DNA from: Ignavibacteria bacterium
GTDB taxonomy: Bacteria > Bacteroidota > Ignavibacteria > UBA10030 > UBA6906
Reading direction: 5' to 3'
Assembly: GCA_003251275.1 (NCBI GenBank)
Contig: QKGJ01000404.1
Location: forward strand, 1 to 56,725
Length of the DNA: 56,725 nt
Within the stretch, counting starts at the first letter, position 1, and each line of letters begins with the position of its first letter. Below, in pieces: positions 53,056 to 56,725 of this stretch. The notes below the pieces were generated by a model. It saw nothing but the letters and a program-made list of their open reading frames with translations, was not told the DNA's origin and searched no databases. Made by a program: the position numbers and the translations under genes.

Positions 53056-54132
53056 ATGAGTAATGGATTGAGCACCCGATGGCGTTACATTCTTGGCGGA
53101 TGGGGAGTTTATGCAATGTACATGAGCATTACGTCTTACGTGGTCAATGCTCGTCTCGGACAGCCAATCACGTTGGCAACCGCAATAGCTGCCGATTTTT
53201 CATACAGCGCGGTCTGGGTTCTGCTGACTCCGGTTGTGCTGTGGCTGGTCCATCAGTATAGGTTCGAAAAAGGTCGTCAATACAAAGTATTTTTGCTACA
53301 CCTGGGTGCGAGCGTACTTATTGCTCTCCTCCACAAGGCCGTCCATGGGGTTCTGTATTCTGTTTTTCGGCTTCTTGTGGAGGGCCAACCATTTTCGTGG
53401 GAGTTGCAGTATCGTGCAACCCTTGCCTATTTCGATTACGGGATTCAGGTCTATTGGATTATTCTTCTTCTCGATTATCTTCTCGAGTATTACAATCGCT
53501 TTCGGGAAAAGGAGCTCAGGGCTTCCCAGCTTGAATCCCAGCTTGCTCATTCCCAATTGAATGCCCTGAAAATGCAGCTGCAGCCGCATTTCCTGTTTAA
53601 CACACTCAATGCTATTTCGGTGCTCATCAAGAAAGATCCCGGCGTTGCGAGAACAATGCTCGGTAAATTGAGCGACCTGCTGCGATTCACTCTCGAAAAC
53701 GTCACGAGCCAGGAAATCTCCCTTCGCGTCGAGATGGACTATCTTGAGCGATACCTCAGCATCGAAAAGACCCGCTTTGAAGATCGGCTCACCGTGAAAA
53801 CAAACATTCCTTCAGAATTGCTCCACGCGCAAGTGCCCACAATGATCCTTCAGCCCCTGGTGGAGAATGCCATCAAGCATGGAGTTGCACAACAGCGCGG
53901 GCCTGCTTCCATCGAGGTGCATGCGAATCGTCATAACGGCGCTCTTCTTTTGCAGGTCATTGACAATGGCAAAGGTCTTCCGACAGCAGAGCATCTCCGG
54001 GAAGGAGTGGGATTGACTAACACCCGTGCACGATTGAACCGGTTGTATGGGTCAGCCTCATCGCTTGAACTCTCCGAATCACCTACAGGTGGAGTTGTTG
54101 CACAGATAACGATCCCATGGCACGAGCAATGA
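53056..54132 (+). CDS. LytS/YehU-type sensor histidine kinase (4TM, His_kinase and HATPase_c)
   Basis: It lies in frame with track ORF 52996, and the start is MSNGLSTRW. Motifs seen are LNALKMQLQPHFLFNTLNAIS, QPLVENAIKHG and VIDNGKGL. Confidence 0.86.
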   Translation: MSNGLSTRWRYILGGWGVYAMYMSITSYVVNARLGQPITLATAIAADFSYSAVWVLLTPVVLWLVHQYRFEKGRQYKVFLLHLGASVLIALLHKAVHGVLYSVFRLLVEGQPFSWELQYRATLAYFDYGIQVYWIILLLDYLLEYYNRFREKELRASQLESQLAHSQLNALKMQLQPHFLFNTLNAISVLIKKDPGVARTMLGKLSDLLRFTLENVTSQEISLRVEMDYLERYLSIEKTRFEDRLTVKTNIPSELLHAQVPTMILQPLVENAIKHGVAQQRGPASIEVHANRHNGALLLQVIDNGKGLPTAEHLREGVGLTNTRARLNRLYGSASSLELSESPTGGVVAQITIPWHEQ

Positions 54133-54920
54133 AAAAGAAAAGTGAGGGCGGGCATCGCGAACTGCGCGTGCTCATTGTGGATGATGAGTCCCTTGCCCGC
54201 GATGGACTGCGCGAATTGCTTGAGGCGGAATCCGATATTCACATCGTAGGGGAATGTGCAGATGGGGTTGAAGCGATTGCCGCTCTCCGGGCAAAGAAAC
54301 CGGACATTGTGTTTCTTGACATTCAGATGCCTGAGCTCAGCGGATTCGATGTGGTACGGGAGGTGGGCCCAGCATTGATGCCGCTCGTCATTTTTGTTAC
54401 CGCATACGACGAGTTCGCGATCCGCGCATTCGACGTGAGCGCACTTGACTATCTTCTGAAACCGGTTGACCCGGGGCGCTTCAAGATTGCCCTCACCCGC
54501 GCCCGCTCCATCCGTGAGTCAAAAGATACTCTTGCGGTCAACCAGAAACTCGTGCAACTTCTCGAGGACATCAAAGCAGGGTCAGCGTACCTGGACCGGC
54601 TTCCCATGAGATCTTCGGGAAAGATCACTTTGCTGAATGTGCGGGAGATAGATTGGATCGACGCAGAGGGAGATTATATATGCGTGAACATGCAAGGAAA
54701 GAAGCATTTGATACGGGGAAAAATCAGCGAAATGGAACAACGGCTCGACCCGAAACAATTCGCCCGGATCCACCGCTCAATAATCGTCAACATCGCCCGG
54801 ATCAAGGAACTGGAACCGCTCTTCTACGGTGAGTATGCAGTCAAACTCCACAACGGAACGAAGCTCACCCTGAGCCGCACCTATCGTGAAAAGCTCTTTG
54901 CCCTCCTGAACCCAGCGTGA
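54129..54920 (+). CDS. LytTR-family response regulator (REC plus LytTR DNA-binding domain)
   Basis: It lies in frame with track ORF 54117. The ATG at 54129 overlaps the kinase stop (ATGA). Motifs seen are VLIVDDE, DIVFLDIQMP, FVTAYDEFA, then IDWIDAEGDYICV...IHRSIIVN. Confidence 0.9.
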   Translation: MKKKSEGGHRELRVLIVDDESLARDGLRELLEAESDIHIVGECADGVEAIAALRAKKPDIVFLDIQMPELSGFDVVREVGPALMPLVIFVTAYDEFAIRAFDVSALDYLLKPVDPGRFKIALTRARSIRESKDTLAVNQKLVQLLEDIKAGSAYLDRLPMRSSGKITLLNVREIDWIDAEGDYICVNMQGKKHLIRGKISEMEQRLDPKQFARIHRSIIVNIARIKELEPLFYGEYAVKLHNGTKLTLSRTYREKLFALLNPA

Positions 54921-55054
54921 ACTAATTTCTGTCGCATCCTCCTGCATTTCGTCTCTTCATTACGGTTGTTTGTCTCAACGCGCTTCCACTTTTCCCCTCT
55001 CGAAAGTATTTTGCCTTGGTAGCAAAACACTTCTTCCACCCTGAAGAGAATACA

Positions 55055-56725
55055 ATGAAACAAATCTGGCGGCTCACGCTTGCGGCAACCCTTGGCATCG
55101 CTTTCGGCTTTCCATTCTCAGTACACTCACAAACCTTTACGAAGATCGCCACCGGTCCAATTGTCACCGACGGCGGCGCCTCCAGGAGCGTCAATTGGGT
55201 CGATTACGACAATGATGGATACCTTGACCTGTTTGTGAGCAACGGACTCGAGGGAGGACAAAACAACTTTCTGTACCGCAACAACCACGACAGTACATTT
55301 ATCAAAATAGCGACCGGCCCGCTGGTAACCGGTCATTCTCCCTCCGATGGAGCAAGCTGGGGTGATTTTGATAACGATGGCGATCTCGATGCGTTCGTCG
55401 TCGCATGGTATGATACAAACAATGCGTTCTATCTGAACGATGGGAGCGGCGGCTTCACCCAGACGGTCGCCGGCCAGCCTGTGAACGACCGTGGATATTC
55501 TGAAAATGCGAGTTGGGGCGACTTTGACAACGACGGCTATCTTGATCTGTACGTGACCAACAGCGGTTCACCGTCCCTTGGAGCAAAGGCAAACTTCCTG
55601 TACCGAAACAACGGCGACGGGACACTCTCGAAGATCATATCCGGTGAGGTCGTTACCGATGCGATGTTTTCCCGCGGGGTGTCCTGGGTGGACTATGATA
55701 ATGATAGCGATCTTGATCTCTTCATTACAAATGAGCGCGGTCAGAGCAACACCCTCTACAAGAATCTGCTGACAGAAACCGGACTGCCAAATTTTTCTGG
55801 GTTCCAAACCAATCCTTTGACCAATGACGGCGGTAACTCCTTTGGCGCAAGCTGGGGCGATGTCGATAACGACGGTGACCTAGATGTCTTCGTTGTCAAT
55901 GGCTGGCCTACTGCGCAACCAAATTTCTTCTACCTCAACAACGGCGATGGGACATTCGCGCGAGTTTTGAATGATACAATCGTGAAAACCCCCGGCTACC
56001 ATTTTGGCAGTGCGTGGGGGGATTTCGACAATGACGGCGATCTGGATCTGTATGTGACCACTGCCTATGGCCCATCGGCATCCAGAAACCTTCTTTATCA
56101 GAACCAACTCATAGAGACAGGAACGATCTCGTTTAACAGAGTTAGTGTGGGAAGCCCCGTTAATGACCTCGGTTACTCTTATGCGTGCGCGTGGGGAGAC
56201 TATGATCGGGACGGTGACCTTGACCTTGTAGTCGCAAAGACGTTCAATGAGAATGAAAACAATGCCCTCTATCGCAACGACAATAGTGCCGGGAACCATT
56301 GGCTCCATGTCCGCTGTGTTGGGACAACCTCGAACCGCAACGGCATTGGGGCAAGAATAATGGCCAGCGCCGTCATCGGCGGACAAATCGTCCGGCAATT
56401 GCGAGCCGTGGAAGGGCAAGGGGGTAACTGCTCGCAAAACCTCGATCAACACTTTGGCCTGGGCAACGCAATCTTTATCGATTCATTGAGGATTGAATGG
56501 CCCAGCGGCACGACGGATATCTACACGAACGTCGCTGTTGACCGTATTGTCACCGCACTTGAAGGGGCAGGACTTACCAGCGCGAAGGACAATAATGGAA
56601 ATTTTCCCAAAGAGATTGAGTTGTATCAGAATCATCCCAATCCCTTCAATCCTTCTACCAGAATTCGTTTTGCGCTCGGGACAGCAGGCTTTGCTTCATT
56701 GAGTGTCTATGACATGTTGGGGAGG
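55055..56725 (+). CDS. Secreted FG-GAP/VCBS-repeat protein with an ASPIC/UnbV domain and T9SS sorting domain; 3' end cut by the window edge
   Basis: This ORF is absent from the ORF track because it has an open end. The ATG at 55055 opens 557 codons to the edge. It has a signal peptide (FPFSVHSQ) and at least seven repeats of the WGDFDNDGDLDL type. It then reads NHWLHVRCVGTTSNRNGIGARI...IEWPSG and ends ELYQNHPNPFNPSTRIRF...VYDMLGR. Confidence 0.85.
   Translation, partial: MKQIWRLTLAATLGIAFGFPFSVHSQTFTKIATGPIVTDGGASRSVNWVDYDNDGYLDLFVSNGLEGGQNNFLYRNNHDSTFIKIATGPLVTGHSPSDGASWGDFDNDGDLDAFVVAWYDTNNAFYLNDGSGGFTQTVAGQPVNDRGYSENASWGDFDNDGYLDLYVTNSGSPSLGAKANFLYRNNGDGTLSKIISGEVVTDAMFSRGVSWVDYDNDSDLDLFITNERGQSNTLYKNLLTETGLPNFSGFQTNPLTNDGGNSFGASWGDVDNDGDLDVFVVNGWPTAQPNFFYLNNGDGTFARVLNDTIVKTPGYHFGSAWGDFDNDGDLDLYVTTAYGPSASRNLLYQNQLIETGTISFNRVSVGSPVNDLGYSYACAWGDYDRDGDLDLVVAKTFNENENNALYRNDNSAGNHWLHVRCVGTTSNRNGIGARIMASAVIGGQIVRQLRAVEGQGGNCSQNLDQHFGLGNAIFIDSLRIEWPSGTTDIYTNVAVDRIVTALEGAGLTSAKDNNGNFPKEIELYQNHPNPFNPSTRIRFALGTAGFASLSVYDMLGR

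Noticed and set aside
1-56725. A search for CRISPR arrays, transposases or integrases, rRNA and tRNA genes, and toxin-antitoxin-like small gene pairs.
   Set aside because: I found no direct-repeat/spacer periodicity, no DDE or tyrosine-recombinase-like ORFs, and no tRNA cloverleaf candidates in the intergenic regions. The only sizeable repeat is the intragenic CHRD tandem array.

Overview
This is a 56.7 kb chromosomal segment of roughly 50% GC, densely coded and mostly housekeeping. I found no transposase, integrase, CRISPR array, rRNA or tRNA. Three secreted proteins end in the T9SS C-terminal sorting motif (NPFNPxTxIR.., YDMLGR-like). That motif, together with Shine-Dalgarno sites and sigma70-like promoters, suggests an FCB-superphylum organism (Ignavibacteria/Bacteroidota-like); this is inference only.

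Gene content from left to right:
- A DtxR-controlled ferrous-iron operon: a DtxR regulator, a membrane-anchored DtxR-FeoA fusion, and FeoB split into a GTPase ORF and a permease ORF.
- A Rieske oxygenase and a LemA/M48 peptidase pair.
- A split class II ribonucleotide reductase (NrdJa/NrdJb) preceded by a clear cobalamin riboswitch.
- A T9SS S8 protease, a sodium:solute symporter, an M24 peptidase and an ABC-2 exporter.
- A cNMP-GAF histidine kinase, then glgA-gmhB, a lipoprotein/beta-barrel pair, glyA, tatC and a polyprenyl synthase.
- usp-ilvE followed by a GNAT-like / alpha-oxoamine synthase / SDR trio, which is a candidate sphingoid-lipid module.
- An argCJBF-argR-argGH operon with ARG boxes.
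- A more accessory right arm: a TPR protein, small stress/detoxification genes, a 4x CHRD T9SS protein with a CXXCH lipoprotein, a 6TM class III nucleotide cyclase with non-canonical specificity residues, small lipoproteins, an HD-domain/3TM effector-like protein, a LytS/LytTR pair, and an FG-GAP/ASPIC T9SS protein truncated at the right edge.

The observations most worth following up are:
- the B12 riboswitch on a B12-dependent RNR;
- the membrane-tethered DtxR-FeoA fusion;
- the Spt-like lipid trio;
- the cyclase together with the HD-TM protein.

All family assignments come from motif reading by eye. No database search was run.
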